Shown here: one piece after another, positions 18,223 to 28,263 of the stretch
How the letters are laid out: each line of letters starts with the position of its first letter
Numbering within the stretch: the stretch's first letter is position 1
Source of the DNA: Myxococcota bacterium
GTDB lineage: Bacteria; Myxococcota_A; UBA9160; UBA6930
Direction: 5' to 3'
DNA: 64,000 bases
Assembly: GCA_965223415.1 (NCBI GenBank)
Contig: OZ245002.1
Coordinates: 3,936,001 to 4,000,000, forward strand
Notes under the pieces: model-generated
What the model was told of the DNA's origin: nothing
The model's input: only the letters and a program-made list of their open reading frames with translations
The model's database searches: none
Program-made: the position numbers and the translations under genes

Positions 18223-19599
18223 CTAGGGCTCAAGGATGGGGTGGAGGCGCTGGGCCGGCATGGTGTCGCGCAGCTTCTTGAGGGCGCGGGCCTCGAGCTG
18301 GCGGACGCGCTCACGGGAGAGCCCGAGGCTCTGGCCGATCTGCTCGAGGGTGTGCTCCTCCTCGCCGCCGAGGCCGTAGCGCAGGCGCAGGATCAGCTGC
18401 TCGCGGTCGGAGAGGGCGCCGATCAGGTGGCCGACCCCGGAGCGCATGCGGTCGTCGTCGATGCCGCCGTCGGGGATCTCGGCACCGGCGTCGGCGACGA
18501 AGTCCTCGAGCCGCTTCTCGGTGCCCGCCACCGACGACTCCAGCGAGATGGCCTCGCGGCTGAGCCGGTCGAGGGCCTCGAGGCTCTCGGTGTCGGTGCC
18601 GAGGGCCGGGGCCAGCTCGGCGGGCGTCGGCTCGCGGCCCAGCTTGCCCGTCAGCTCGGCCTTCACGCGCTGGCTCCGCTGGAGCCGATCGTGCACGTGG
18701 GAGGGCAAGCGGATCGTGCGGGAGTGGTTCTGGATGGCCCGCACCAGGGCCTGGCGGATCCACCACACCGCGTAGGTCGAGAATTTGAACCCGCGTCGGT
18801 GATCGAACTTCTCGACGGCGCGGATCAGCCCCAGGTTCCCCTCCTGGATCAGGTCGGGGAAGGAGAGGCCCAGGTTCCGGTAGTCCTTGGCGATGGCGAC
18901 GACCAGCTTCAGGTTGTGCTCGATGAAGCGGTTCTTGACGGCGGTGAGCCGATCCTGGGCCGCTTCCACATCGTTCCAGCGGGACGAGAACGTGGTCTTG
19001 TCGTGGCCCGCGTGGATCTCGAGCTCCTTCAGCCGGCGGCTGCCCTTGCGGGCCCGGCGCATGTTGCGGCCGAGCCGCCGCACGTCCTCGCGAAGCTCGG
19101 CGAGCACCGCGAGGGAGAGCTGGGCGTTGTCCATCTCGGTCGCGATGCCACGATCGGCGCGCGTCCACTGGGCCTTCGGCGAGCGGGTGTTGAGGCCGTC
19201 GCGCCGCTTCACGTGGCGGCGCAAGCGGGTGACGGCCGCTTCCACCCGGGCCGCGATCTCGCCCGTGTCCTCGTCGCCGGCGGACTCGGAGAGCTTCGCG
19301 CCGGTATGGGACATGGCGCGCAGGGAATCCCAGCGGTCGATCACGAAACGCGCGCAGGACGGGATGGCGTAGAGGGCGGCCCGCAGCTGGGCCGTGGCGG
19401 CCTCCAGCTCCTTCGCCAGCACGACCTCTTCCTCACGCTTCAGCGTGCGGGTTCCGCCGATTTCCTGGAAGTAGGACTCGAGGGGGCGCCGCTCGCGGGC
19501 GGCGTCGTGCTCTTCGATGGGGAGGGCGGGCTTGGCACCCTTCGCCGCCCGAGCGGGCTCGGTCGGCGTGGTGGCGGGGGCTCGCGTGGTCTCGTCCAA
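18223..19599 (-). CDS. RpoD/SigA-family sigma-70 paralogue (no region 1.1)
   Basis: [57 protein letters not shown] start after AAGGAG inferred. Confidence 0.9.
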   Translation of the reverse strand: MDETTRAPATTPTEPARAAKGAKPALPIEEHDAARERRPLESYFQEIGGTRTLKREEEVVLAKELEAATAQLRAALYAIPSCARFVIDRWDSLRAMSHTGAKLSESAGDEDTGEIAARVEAAVTRLRRHVKRRDGLNTRSPKAQWTRADRGIATEMDNAQLSLAVLAELREDVRRLGRNMRRARKGSRRLKELEIHAGHDKTTFSSRWNDVEAAQDRLTAVKNRFIEHNLKLVVAIAKDYRNLGLSFPDLIQEGNLGLIRAVEKFDHRRGFKFSTYAVWWIRQALVRAIQNHSRTIRLPSHVHDRLQRSQRVKAELTGKLGREPTPAELAPALGTDTESLEALDRLSREAISLESSVAGTEKRLEDFVADAGAEIPDGGIDDDRMRSGVGHLIGALSDREQLILRLRYGLGGEEEHTLEQIGQSLGLSRERVRQLEARALKKLRDTMPAQRLHPILEP

Positions 19600-19951
19600 G
19601 GTCGGAGGCTCCTTGCAGGTCGGGGAGGGGGGGGAGGCGATCGAAGGGTCGGGTGGCCGAAGGCGTGCGCCTCCGACCAGGGGCACCGGCGGAGAGCTAC
19701 ACGAGGCCCTCCGGGGCGGCAGGGGGGAAGATCGCGGTCCTCATGATCTCTGGGATCTGGCTCCGGCTCGCTGGGCGCGCTCGCCCCGGGGGAGATGACT
19801 CGAAGTCGGCCAGGGCAGGCGATCCGATATCTTCTTACGTCCTTCCTCGCATTTCCAGAACTTTCTTCGACGTCGATGTCAATTCCGGTCCCGCGGGGGT
19901 ACCTCGCCACGGTCCCGGCTCGCAGCAGCGGCCCCAACTGACCGGGATTCC

Positions 19952-20371
19952 TCACGGGACGACGAAGATCAGCTCCAGTCCCAGATCCGCGACCCGGAAC
20001 GGAACCGAGGCGAAACGGGCCGACACATGGCGCGTCCGGCCCCGTGAGATTCCCCCGAATGGGAGCCGGCCGCTCCGTTGCTCCCCGCCGGGGCCGTACA
20101 GAATGACCCGTAGCATCCCCTGCTCGAGATCCCGGGAGCTGCCGTTGGTGAGGGTGAGGTCGATCCGCAGCTCCTCTCCGACCCGCTCGACGTCCCCCGG
20201 GCGCCAGGTGAGCTCACCACTGCGGGGATGGCTCGACCGGGTCAACGGAGTTCCGTGCCCGCGCTCTTCCAGGGTCTCGTAGGGAAGGGTGGCGACGCCG
20301 CAGCTTGGGAGCAGGCCGAGCAGCACGACCAAGACGGCCAAGCGACGCGCGAGCGCGGGCATGCGAGCCAT
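19952..20371 (-). CDS. Putative lipoprotein
   Basis: MARMPALARRLAVLVVLLGLLPSC lipobox-like signal; GGAGG upstream. Confidence 0.6.
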   Translation of the reverse strand: MARMPALARRLAVLVVLLGLLPSCGVATLPYETLEERGHGTPLTRSSHPRSGELTWRPGDVERVGEELRIDLTLTNGSSRDLEQGMLRVILYGPGGEQRSGRLPFGGISRGRTRHVSARFASVPFRVADLGLELIFVVP

Positions 20372-20393
20372 CCTACCTCCAGCCCGGGCTCGG

Positions 20394-20436
20394 TTGACGC
20401 CCATTGCGGGCCGCGGTAGTACTGACCAGTCAGTAC
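20394..20436 (+). promoter_or_regulatory. Sigma-70 promoter with overlapping TetR-type operator
   Basis: TTGACG(20394)-17 nt-TAGTAC; perfect palindrome GTACTGAC-CA-GTCAGTAC at 20419-20436. Confidence 0.7.
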
Positions 20437-20462
20437 CGCTCGCGCCCCGAGCCGCTCGCTTC

Positions 20463-21140
20463 GTGCCCAGCCCCGAACCCGATCCTAACGGCGCACCCGC
20501 TCGGCCGCCGCGCGCGCCGGCCGGCGAGCGGCGTCGCCAGATCCTGGCGGCCGCCCGGGAGGTGAGCCTCGAGCGGGGTCTCGCCGCCGTGCGTATGGAA
20601 CAGATCGCCGCGCGGGCCCGGGTCTCCAAGGGCACCCTCTACAACCACTTCGAGAGCAAGGAAGATCTCCTGCTCGCGATGCTGGAGGACCGGCTCGCCC
20701 TCGGCACCGAGATCGTCGCCCGGGCCGTCGGCACCGAGCCCGACCCGGCCCGTGCCCTCGAGCGCACCCTCGACGGTCTGGTCCAGCTGATCGGTGTCCA
20801 GGCCCAGACGACCTCGCTGCTCTACCAGGCCTGGGCCCTGGTGGCCGACGCGCCGCCGCTGCAGCAGCGGCTGGAGGAGGCGCTGCGGCGCTTCTTCCAG
20901 CTCTGGGCCCGCAGCACCCACCAGAACCTCCAGGTCGGCCAGGCCGCCGGTGCGTTCCGGGCGGACGCGGACGCGGAGGCGTTCAGCGCGGCGCTTCTCG
21001 CCCTGGTCTCCGGCTTCATCTTCCGCGGCGCCTTCGATCCGGGCGCGATCGAGCCCGCCGCCCTGCGCGCCGCCTTCCAGGCCCTCGTGGCCGACCAATT
21101 GCTCGCCGAGCCCGCCGCCCGCTCCGGAGGACCCCGATGA
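20463..21140 (+). CDS. TetR-family transcriptional regulator
   Basis: RRQILAAA..MEQIAARARVSKGTLYNHFESKEDL; start inferred. Confidence 0.9.
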   Translation: MPSPEPDPNGAPARPPRAPAGERRRQILAAAREVSLERGLAAVRMEQIAARARVSKGTLYNHFESKEDLLLAMLEDRLALGTEIVARAVGTEPDPARALERTLDGLVQLIGVQAQTTSLLYQAWALVADAPPLQQRLEEALRRFFQLWARSTHQNLQVGQAAGAFRADADAEAFSAALLALVSGFIFRGAFDPGAIEPAALRAAFQALVADQLLAEPAARSGGPR

Positions 21141-22321
21141 ACGAGCCCCTGGCTTCCCGCGCACCGGCCGCACGCGCGCGCTGGATCTTCCTCGGCGCGG
21201 CGGGCCTGCTGCTGCTCGGGACCTTCGCGCTCTTCGGCTCGGCCCCGGAGCCCGAGCGCGAGGGAGCCGCCCGCACCGACGCGAGCGCGGTGGCCGTGTC
21301 GATCTGGACCGTCGCGCCCCGGCCACTGGCCCGCACGACCCGCCTCTCCGGCGTCGTCGAGGCGCGCCGGCGGGTGGAGCTCTTCGCCGAGGTGGGCGGC
21401 CGCGTCACCGAGCTCGGCGCCGAAGAGCTCGACCAGGTCGAGGCCGACCAGCTGCTGGTGCAGCTGGATCCCCTGCTGACGGAGGTCGCGGTCGAGCGTG
21501 CCCTGGCCTCGGTGGCGCGTGTCGAGAGCCAGCTGGCCTTGGCCGAGAGCGAGCGCAAACGCTTCGAGAGCCTGGCGACCCGCGACGCCGCCAGCGCGTC
21601 GCGGCGCGATCAGGCCGTGAACGCCCAGAAGGTGGCGGCGGCGAACCTGCGCGAAGCCCGTGCGAACCTCTCCCAGGCCCGGGACCAGCTCGCAAAGAAG
21701 ACGATCCGCGCGCCGTTCGCCGGCGTGCTCCAAGGCTTCCCGGTCGAGCGCGGCGAGGTGCTCCAGCCCGGCGAGCGGGTGGGCGAGCTGCTCGACCTGA
21801 CCACCGCGCGGCTCGAGCTCGGCGTGACGGACCGCGAGATCGTGACGGTCGATACGGGCGCCGAGGTGAGCGTCGAGCTCGAGGCCTACCCGGGCGAGAC
21901 CCTCGAAGGGCGAGTGATCCGGGTCGGTGCGGCCGCTGACGTCACGAGCCGCAAGTTCCCCGTCGAGGTCGAGCTCGAGAATCCGGAGCGACGGATCCTG
22001 CCCGGGATGATCGCCCGGGTCCGTCTCGGTCTCGGCCCGCCGACGCCGGTCCGGGCGCTGCCGCGGGACGCGACCCTCGACCAGTACGGCGTGCGCCTCG
22101 TGTACGTCGTCGAAGAAGGGGAGGGCGGCACCGTCGTGCGCCAGCGCCGGGTCGAGCTGCGGGACATTCCCTTCCAGCCCGAGGAGGTGGAGGTTGTCTC
22201 CGGCCTCCGCGACGGAGAGCGGGTGGCGGTGAGCGGGATCCGCGAGCTCCGCGACGGCGCCTCGGTGCGGGTGCGGGGCGAAGCCTCGGTCGCCCGCGCC
22301 GCCGAGGAGGAAGGCGCATGA
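21137..22321 (+). CDS. RND efflux periplasmic adaptor (MFP)
   Basis: N-terminal TM, helical hairpin, IRAPFAG, LPGMIAR, VSGL.DGERV. Confidence 0.9.
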   Translation: MNEPLASRAPAARARWIFLGAAGLLLLGTFALFGSAPEPEREGAARTDASAVAVSIWTVAPRPLARTTRLSGVVEARRRVELFAEVGGRVTELGAEELDQVEADQLLVQLDPLLTEVAVERALASVARVESQLALAESERKRFESLATRDAASASRRDQAVNAQKVAAANLREARANLSQARDQLAKKTIRAPFAGVLQGFPVERGEVLQPGERVGELLDLTTARLELGVTDREIVTVDTGAEVSVELEAYPGETLEGRVIRVGAAADVTSRKFPVEVELENPERRILPGMIARVRLGLGPPTPVRALPRDATLDQYGVRLVYVVEEGEGGTVVRQRRVELRDIPFQPEEVEVVSGLRDGERVAVSGIRELRDGASVRVRGEASVARAAEEEGA

Positions 22322-25300
22322 GCCTGCCCGAGTTCTCGGTCCGCCAGGTCGTCCTGGTGAACATCCTGTTCGTGATGGTGATCGGCGCCGGGCTCTTCGC
22401 CTGGGCCCGGATCCCGATCGAGGTCTTCCCGGACATCTCCTTCAACTCGGCCGTGGTCAATACCGTCTGGCCCGGCGCCTCGGCGGACGAGATGGAGCGG
22501 CTCGTCACCACCAGGCTCGAGGAGGAGATTCAGGACGTCGACGGCATCAAGGAGATGGTGAGCTCGTCGTTGGCCGGCCTCTCCTCGATCGACATCGAGT
22601 GGGACGAGACGCTTTCCGCCGCCGAGCAGGAGAGCTCGCTGAACGAGCTGCGCGCGGCCATCGACCGGGTGAACGACCTGCCGGACGACGCCGAGCGGCC
22701 CTTCGTGATGGAGCTCTCGGTCCACGAGGTGCGGCCATCGTGCATGATCGCCGTGGCGGACGTCGGCGGGGTCGGCGAGTACACGATCCGCGAGGTGGCC
22801 CGGAGCCTGGAGGATCGGCTCGAGCGGCTTCCCGGCGTGCGCAAGGCGGTGCTGCGCGGCGAGCGCGAGCGGGAGCTGCGGGTGTACGTGGACCGGCGGC
22901 TCGCGATGCAAGCGGATCTCACGCTCCCCGAGATCAGCGCGGTGATCCGCAGCAACAACCAGAACATCCCGGCCGGCAACTTTCTGAACGCCCAGTCCGA
23001 CGAGATCACCGTGCGCGGCCTCGGCAGCTTCGCGACGCCGGCCTCCCTGGCCGCCACGGTGGTGAAGAAGGATCGGGACGGGCGGCACATCACCCTGGGC
23101 GAGATCGCCACGATCGAGGAGGGCTTTGAGACGCGGCGCGTGTTCGGCCGCTACAACGGCAAGCCCGCCATCCAGATCGGCGTGGCCCAGCAGAGCGGCG
23201 TCGACGTACGCAAGCTCGTGGCGCGGGTGCGCGAGCTGGTCGAGAAGGAGCAGCCGCAGCTTCCGCCGGGTGTCGAGGCCACGGTCACCTGGGACAGCTC
23301 GACCTACGTCGAGTCCCGCATGGCGCTGCTCCAGTCGAACCTGGTGATCGGCATCCTGGCGGTGATCGGCGTGCTCTGGTTCACCGTCGGCTTCCGCAAC
23401 GCGCTGCTCGCGATCCTGGCGGTTCCGTTCTCGTTCCTGTTCGCGATCTACGCCTTCCCGTACATGGGGATGAGCCTGAACAGCCTGACGCTGATCGGCT
23501 TCATCATGGTCTCGGGGATGCTGGTCGATCACGCGATCATCATCATCGAGAACATCTACCGCCACGTGGAGGAGGGCAGCCCGCTGCGCACGGCCATCGT
23601 GGAGGGAACGCGCCAGGTCATGTGGCCGGTGATCGCCACTGTCGCCACAACCCTGGCGGCCTTCTTGCCGATGCTGCTCGTCTCCGGCACCTCCGGCGAG
23701 TTCTTCTCGCTGCTGCCGAAGGCGGTGATCATCACCCTGGTCGGCTCGCTGATCGAAGCGCTGATCATCCTTCCGGCCCACTACCTCGATTGGGGAAGCC
23801 GTGCCGGTGCCGCGGCGGCGGGCGACGCCGCCGAAGGGCCCGGTGTCACGGCCTTCTCCCAGCGGGCGCGCGCTCGCGTGGACGGGTGGCTCGGCCAGGC
23901 CCGGGAGAGCTACCTGCGGGCCCTGGAGCCGGTCCTGCGCCACCGGGGGAGCTTCTTCCTGGCCTGCTGCGCCGCGCTCGCCTTCTCCTGCGGGCTCACC
24001 CAGCATGTCGACGTCGCGCTCTTCAAGTCCGATTTCAACCAGCTCTTCGTGAACGTGGACGCGCCGATCGACGCGGGCATCGACCAGACCGGCGAGGCGA
24101 TGGCGGCTGTCGATTCGGCGCTCGCCGAGTTCGGCGGCGAGCTCACCGACTACCTCTCCTACGCCGGCATGAAGATGTCGCCCAACGGTGGGCCGACGAA
24201 CGGTGTGAACTACGGCGTCTTCTACGTGCAATTCCCGGACACGCCGCACAACGTCGCGCATCCGGAGGCCATCTTCGAGCGGATCCGCGAGCGGGTGGAA
24301 GGGACGGCGCGGGAGCAGGCCGGAATCGAGAAGGTGTTCGCGATCGCGCCCCGCAACGGCCCGCCGGTGGGCAAGCCCGTGGCGATCCGCGTGTACTCGG
24401 ACGACTACGACGAGGCGAAGCGGGCCGCCGCGGAGCTCAAGGCCGAGCTGGCAGCCATCCCCGGTGTCTACAACATCGAGGACAACATGCCGATCGGTCC
24501 GCGGGAGCTGCGCGTTCGCCTGGACGAGCACCGGGCGTCCCTGCACGGCCTCACCTTCCAGGACGTGGGTATGGCGCTGCGTGCCGCCAACGACGGCCTC
24601 GTCCCCGGGACCTTCAAGGACCCGACCGCCGACGAAGACGTCGATATCCGGGTCATGTATCCCGAGGCCCAGCGCAGGAGCATCGCGGACCTCCTCGACG
24701 TGGAGATCCGCGCGCCCGCCGGCCACACCGTGAAGCTCGGAGACGTGGCGCGCATCGATGTCGAGCGCAGCTACCACACCCTCACCCACTACGATGCCCG
24801 CCGGGCCGTCGTGGTCTACGCCGAGGTGGACGGTGACCAGGCCACGTCGTTCTCGGCGAACCGGGAGATGGCGGCGCGCTTCGCCGACGCGAGCCAGCGC
24901 TGGCCCGGCGTAACCCTGGTCTTCGGCGGCGAGGCCCAGGAGACCGAGCGAAGCATGTCGGAGCTGCTGGGCACGCTCTTCATCGCGCTGATCGCCATCT
25001 ACGCGATCCTGGCCGCCCAGTTCCGCTCCTACCTCCAGCCGGTAGTGGTGATGAGCGTGATCGGCTTCGCCTTCATCGGCGTCGTGCTCGGCATGTTCGT
25101 GCTCGACTACCCGCTCACCATGTACGTCTTCTACGCCATGGTGGGCCTGGCGGGCATCGTGGTGAACGACTCGCTCGTGCTGATCGACTTCGTGAACCAG
25201 GGCCGCGCCGGCGGCCTTCCCGCCCTGGACGCCGTGCGCGCCGCCTGCCGGCTGCGCTTCCGGCCGATCCTGCTGACGACGGTCACCACCATCGCAGGCC

Positions 25301-25500
25301 TGCTGCCGATGGCGATCGGCCTCGGCGGCACCCATCCCGTGTACGGGCCCTTTGCCGCCGGTATCGTGTTCGGCCTGGGCATCGCGAGCTGCCTCACCCT
25401 CTTCACGGTCCCGGCGCTCTACCTGATGGTGGAGGGGGCGAAGGACCGGGTCGTCACCTGGCGCGGAGGAGCCGAGCCCGTCGCAGCGCCAGGACGCTAA
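22318..25500 (+). CDS. RND efflux permease (AcrB/CusA superfamily)
   Basis: 1060 aa; GMLVDHAIIIIENI, GIVVNDS, RFRPILLTT. Confidence 0.93.
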   Translation: MSLPEFSVRQVVLVNILFVMVIGAGLFAWARIPIEVFPDISFNSAVVNTVWPGASADEMERLVTTRLEEEIQDVDGIKEMVSSSLAGLSSIDIEWDETLSAAEQESSLNELRAAIDRVNDLPDDAERPFVMELSVHEVRPSCMIAVADVGGVGEYTIREVARSLEDRLERLPGVRKAVLRGERERELRVYVDRRLAMQADLTLPEISAVIRSNNQNIPAGNFLNAQSDEITVRGLGSFATPASLAATVVKKDRDGRHITLGEIATIEEGFETRRVFGRYNGKPAIQIGVAQQSGVDVRKLVARVRELVEKEQPQLPPGVEATVTWDSSTYVESRMALLQSNLVIGILAVIGVLWFTVGFRNALLAILAVPFSFLFAIYAFPYMGMSLNSLTLIGFIMVSGMLVDHAIIIIENIYRHVEEGSPLRTAIVEGTRQVMWPVIATVATTLAAFLPMLLVSGTSGEFFSLLPKAVIITLVGSLIEALIILPAHYLDWGSRAGAAAAGDAAEGPGVTAFSQRARARVDGWLGQARESYLRALEPVLRHRGSFFLACCAALAFSCGLTQHVDVALFKSDFNQLFVNVDAPIDAGIDQTGEAMAAVDSALAEFGGELTDYLSYAGMKMSPNGGPTNGVNYGVFYVQFPDTPHNVAHPEAIFERIRERVEGTAREQAGIEKVFAIAPRNGPPVGKPVAIRVYSDDYDEAKRAAAELKAELAAIPGVYNIEDNMPIGPRELRVRLDEHRASLHGLTFQDVGMALRAANDGLVPGTFKDPTADEDVDIRVMYPEAQRRSIADLLDVEIRAPAGHTVKLGDVARIDVERSYHTLTHYDARRAVVVYAEVDGDQATSFSANREMAARFADASQRWPGVTLVFGGEAQETERSMSELLGTLFIALIAIYAILAAQFRSYLQPVVVMSVIGFAFIGVVLGMFVLDYPLTMYVFYAMVGLAGIVVNDSLVLIDFVNQGRAGGLPALDAVRAACRLRFRPILLTTVTTIAGLLPMAIGLGGTHPVYGPFAAGIVFGLGIASCLTLFTVPALYLMVEGAKDRVVTWRGGAEPVAAPGR

Positions 25501-25566
25501 GAAGCGGGGCCAGAGTTAAGAATTCAGTTGTCCACAACTGAATTCTTAACTCTGGCCCCGCTTCTT
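25499..25566. repeat. Perfect inverted repeat, 33-bp arms, AT-rich
   Basis: AAGAAGCGGGGCCAGAGTTAAGAATTCAGTTGT-CC-ACAACTGAATTCTTAACTCTGGCCCCGCTTCTT between convergent genes. Confidence 0.9.
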
Positions 25567-25570
25567 CATT

Positions 25571-26191
25571 TCAGGAGGCGACGGCGTCGCGGACGAACTG
25601 CACCACTGCGTCGAGGATCTTCGGGGTGTCCGGGAAGCGCGGGTCGCGGCGGTAGGCGCGGCCGGAGTAGTCGCTCTGGAGCTGGCAGATCACGTCGGCC
25701 ACCGAGGGGACGTCCAGGTCCGGGCGGAACTCGCCGCTCTCGATGCCGCGGCGCAGGATGGAGGCGACCAGGTCCCGGTGGGGCTGCACCCGGTCGGCGC
25801 TGGCGGCGGAGATGCGCGGCAGGTCGAGGGAGCGCTCGCCCCGCAGCAGGGCGGGCAGGAGGGGGTGGCTGCGGCAGAACTCGACCGAGCGGCGGAACAT
25901 GCCCTCCAGGGTCTCCCCGGCGGGCTCGTTCTCCGCGTCGCGAGGGACCATCGCGCGGACCCAGTCGCGGATGATCTCCTCCATGACCACCTCGTAGAGG
26001 TGCTCCTTGTCGCGGAAGAAGCGGTAGAGGAGGCCGTTGGAGACGCCGGCGTCCCGGGCGATGGCGCCGATGGTGGCGCCGGCGTAGCCGTGGGAGCCGA
26101 AGCAGGAGCGGGCGGCGGCCAGGATGCGCTGACGGCGGGCCTCGCTCTCCTGCTGGCGTCTTCCGGTCTTCTCGGCGGTCTCGGATCTCAC
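25571..26191 (-). CDS. TetR-family transcriptional regulator
   Basis: RRQRILAAA..GAIARDAGVSNGLLYRFFRDKEHL. Confidence 0.88.
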   Translation of the reverse strand: MRSETAEKTGRRQQESEARRQRILAAARSCFGSHGYAGATIGAIARDAGVSNGLLYRFFRDKEHLYEVVMEEIIRDWVRAMVPRDAENEPAGETLEGMFRRSVEFCRSHPLLPALLRGERSLDLPRISAASADRVQPHRDLVASILRRGIESGEFRPDLDVPSVADVICQLQSDYSGRAYRRDPRFPDTPKILDAVVQFVRDAVAS

Positions 26192-26274
26192 GGTGAACGA
26201 AATCTATCAGAAATTCATTGAAAAATCGCTCCAAATCGTTCATCTTACGACTCGCCCCGCAAAGGAGACCCGCC

Positions 26275-27222
26275 ATGGCCGAGCTCGCCTTCCGCGCCTT
26301 CGACGCCGACCACCACTACTACGAGCACGAGGACGCCTTCATCCGCCACATCGATCCGCGCATGAAGCGGCGCTGCATGCAGTGGGCGGAGGTGAACGGG
26401 CGCAAGCGGCTGCTCGTGGGCGGGAAGGTCAACTCGTTCATCCCGAACCCGACCTTCGACCCGGTGGCCAGGCCGGGTGTGCTCGACGAGTTCTTTCGAG
26501 GCAAGAACCCGGACGGCAAGGGCATGGTCGAGCTCTTCGGCGAGCTCGATCCGATCAACCCCGCCTACCGGGATCGCGATGCCCGGGTGCGACTCCTCGA
26601 CACCCAGGGCCTCGACGGCGCCTACCTGTTCCCCACGCTCGGCGTCGGAATGGAGTTCGCCCTGGCCGACGATCCGGAGGCGGCCCTCGCCGCCTTCCGC
26701 GCCTTCAACCGCTGGATCGAAGAGGACTGGGGGTTCGCCTACCAGCTCGCCTTCCACTCGGGCGACGCCGGCTACAACCGCTTCGCCGACGAGTGGGGCG
26801 CGCTCTCGCCGGAGCCCATCGCCGACACCCTCGCCGCCGTGATCTGCCACGGCGTCCTCACCCGCCACCCGAACGTACGAATCGCGACCATCGAGACCGG
26901 CAGCATCTGGGTGCAGCCCCTGCTGCGGCGTCTCAAGAAGGCCTACGGCCAGATGCCCTTCGCCTTCGAGCACGACCCGGTCGAGCAGTTCAAGCGGAAC
27001 GTGTGGGTGTCGCCGTACTACGAGGACGACCTGGAAACGCTCCGGAACACGATCGGCGCCGACCACGTGCTTTTCGGCTCGGACTATCCCCACGCCGAGG
27101 GCCTCGCCGAGCCCACCGACTTCCTCTACGACTGCAAGGGCTACGACGAGGACGAGATCCGGCTGGTCATGCGCGAGAACGCGATGGGACTCATCGAGCC
27201 CCGCCCGGCGAGCCGCGCCTAG
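26275..27222 (+). CDS. Amidohydrolase_2-family protein, apparently internally shortened
   Basis: DADHHYYE, FIPNPTFDP, AFNRWIEEDWGF, LFGSDYPHAEG; AAAGGAG upstream. Confidence 0.75.
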   Translation: MAELAFRAFDADHHYYEHEDAFIRHIDPRMKRRCMQWAEVNGRKRLLVGGKVNSFIPNPTFDPVARPGVLDEFFRGKNPDGKGMVELFGELDPINPAYRDRDARVRLLDTQGLDGAYLFPTLGVGMEFALADDPEAALAAFRAFNRWIEEDWGFAYQLAFHSGDAGYNRFADEWGALSPEPIADTLAAVICHGVLTRHPNVRIATIETGSIWVQPLLRRLKKAYGQMPFAFEHDPVEQFKRNVWVSPYYEDDLETLRNTIGADHVLFGSDYPHAEGLAEPTDFLYDCKGYDEDEIRLVMRENAMGLIEPRPASRA

Positions 27223-27288
27223 GACACGCGCCGGGGCGGGCGCCCCGGCGCTCCGTCTGGCACCCTCGGGCGCCCACAGGGAGGCCCG

Positions 27289-28257
27289 ATGACCGACTAC
27301 GCCACCGAGCTCGACGTCGCTCTCGAAGCCGTGCGTGCGGCCGCCCGCGTGTGCCGGGCGGTGCAGCAGCGCCTCGTCACCGCCGAGACCCTCGAGAAGA
27401 AGGACAAGAGCCCGGTCACGGTGGCCGACTTCGCCTCCCAGGCGATCGTCTGCCAGCGGCTGGCGGCGGCGCTGCCGGACGACCGGGTGGTCGGCGAGGA
27501 GGACTCGGCGGAGCTGCGCGCACCGGACCAGGCGGCGCTCCGCGCCGCGGTCGCCCGGGAGGTGGCCGCCGAGGTGGACGGCGCAGCCGACGAGGAGGCG
27601 GTGCTCGGCTGGATCGACCGGGGCGGCGCCGCCGCCGACACCGCGCGCTACTGGACCCTCGACCCGATCGACGGGACGAAGGGCTTCCTGCGCGGCGAGC
27701 AGTACGCGGTGGCCCTGGGCCTGATCGAAGGCGGTCAGGTGGTGCTCGGCGTGCTGGGCTGCCCCAACCTGGACGGCGGCCTGCTCTTCTCCGCTGTGCG
27801 TGGCCAGGGCGCCCGGGAGCACGCCCTGGCGCCCGGCGGGGCCGGCACGCCGATCCGGGTCGCCGGTGTGACCGCGCCGGCGCAGGCGCGCTTCTGCGAA
27901 TCGGTGGAATCGGCCCACTCCGACCAGAGCGAGTCCGCCCAGATCGCGAGCCGCCTCGGCATCACCCAGGAGCCCTACCGCATCGACAGCCAGTGCAAGT
28001 ACGCCGCGGTCGCCCGGGGCGACGCCTCGATCTACCTGCGTATGCCCACCCGCAAGGACTACCGCGAGAAGATCTGGGACCACGCAGCGGGAATGCTCGT
28101 CGTGCAGGAGGCGGGCGGGTGCGTGTCCGACGTGCTGGGGCAGGAGCTCGACTTCAGCCGGGGACGCACCCTCGACGCCAACCGCGGCATCGTCGCCACC
28201 GCGGCCCCGATCCATGCCGACGTGATCGCCGCCGTGCGCGCCGTGCGGGGCGAGTAG
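27289..28257 (+). CDS. 3'(2'),5'-bisphosphate nucleotidase, HAL2/SAL1 type
   Basis: KKDKSPVTVADF, LDPIDGTKGFLRG, ESVESAHS, DSQCKY, EKIWDHAAG. Confidence 0.9.
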   Translation: MTDYATELDVALEAVRAAARVCRAVQQRLVTAETLEKKDKSPVTVADFASQAIVCQRLAAALPDDRVVGEEDSAELRAPDQAALRAAVAREVAAEVDGAADEEAVLGWIDRGGAAADTARYWTLDPIDGTKGFLRGEQYAVALGLIEGGQVVLGVLGCPNLDGGLLFSAVRGQGAREHALAPGGAGTPIRVAGVTAPAQARFCESVESAHSDQSESAQIASRLGITQEPYRIDSQCKYAAVARGDASIYLRMPTRKDYREKIWDHAAGMLVVQEAGGCVSDVLGQELDFSRGRTLDANRGIVATAAPIHADVIAAVRAVRGE

Positions 28258-28263
28258 CTCCGC

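Noticed and set aside
18223..19599. Calling this gene rpoD or rpoS
   Set aside because: It lacks region 1.1 and the usual gene context, so orthology is not supportable by eye.
19860..19885. TTGACA on the minus strand upstream of the sigma gene
   Set aside because: No acceptable -10 at 16-18 bp spacing.
26193..26245. TGAACGA...TCGTTCA inverted pair in the AT-rich tetR/amidohydrolase spacer
   Set aside because: Arms are short and far apart; an operator is plausible but cannot be defined.
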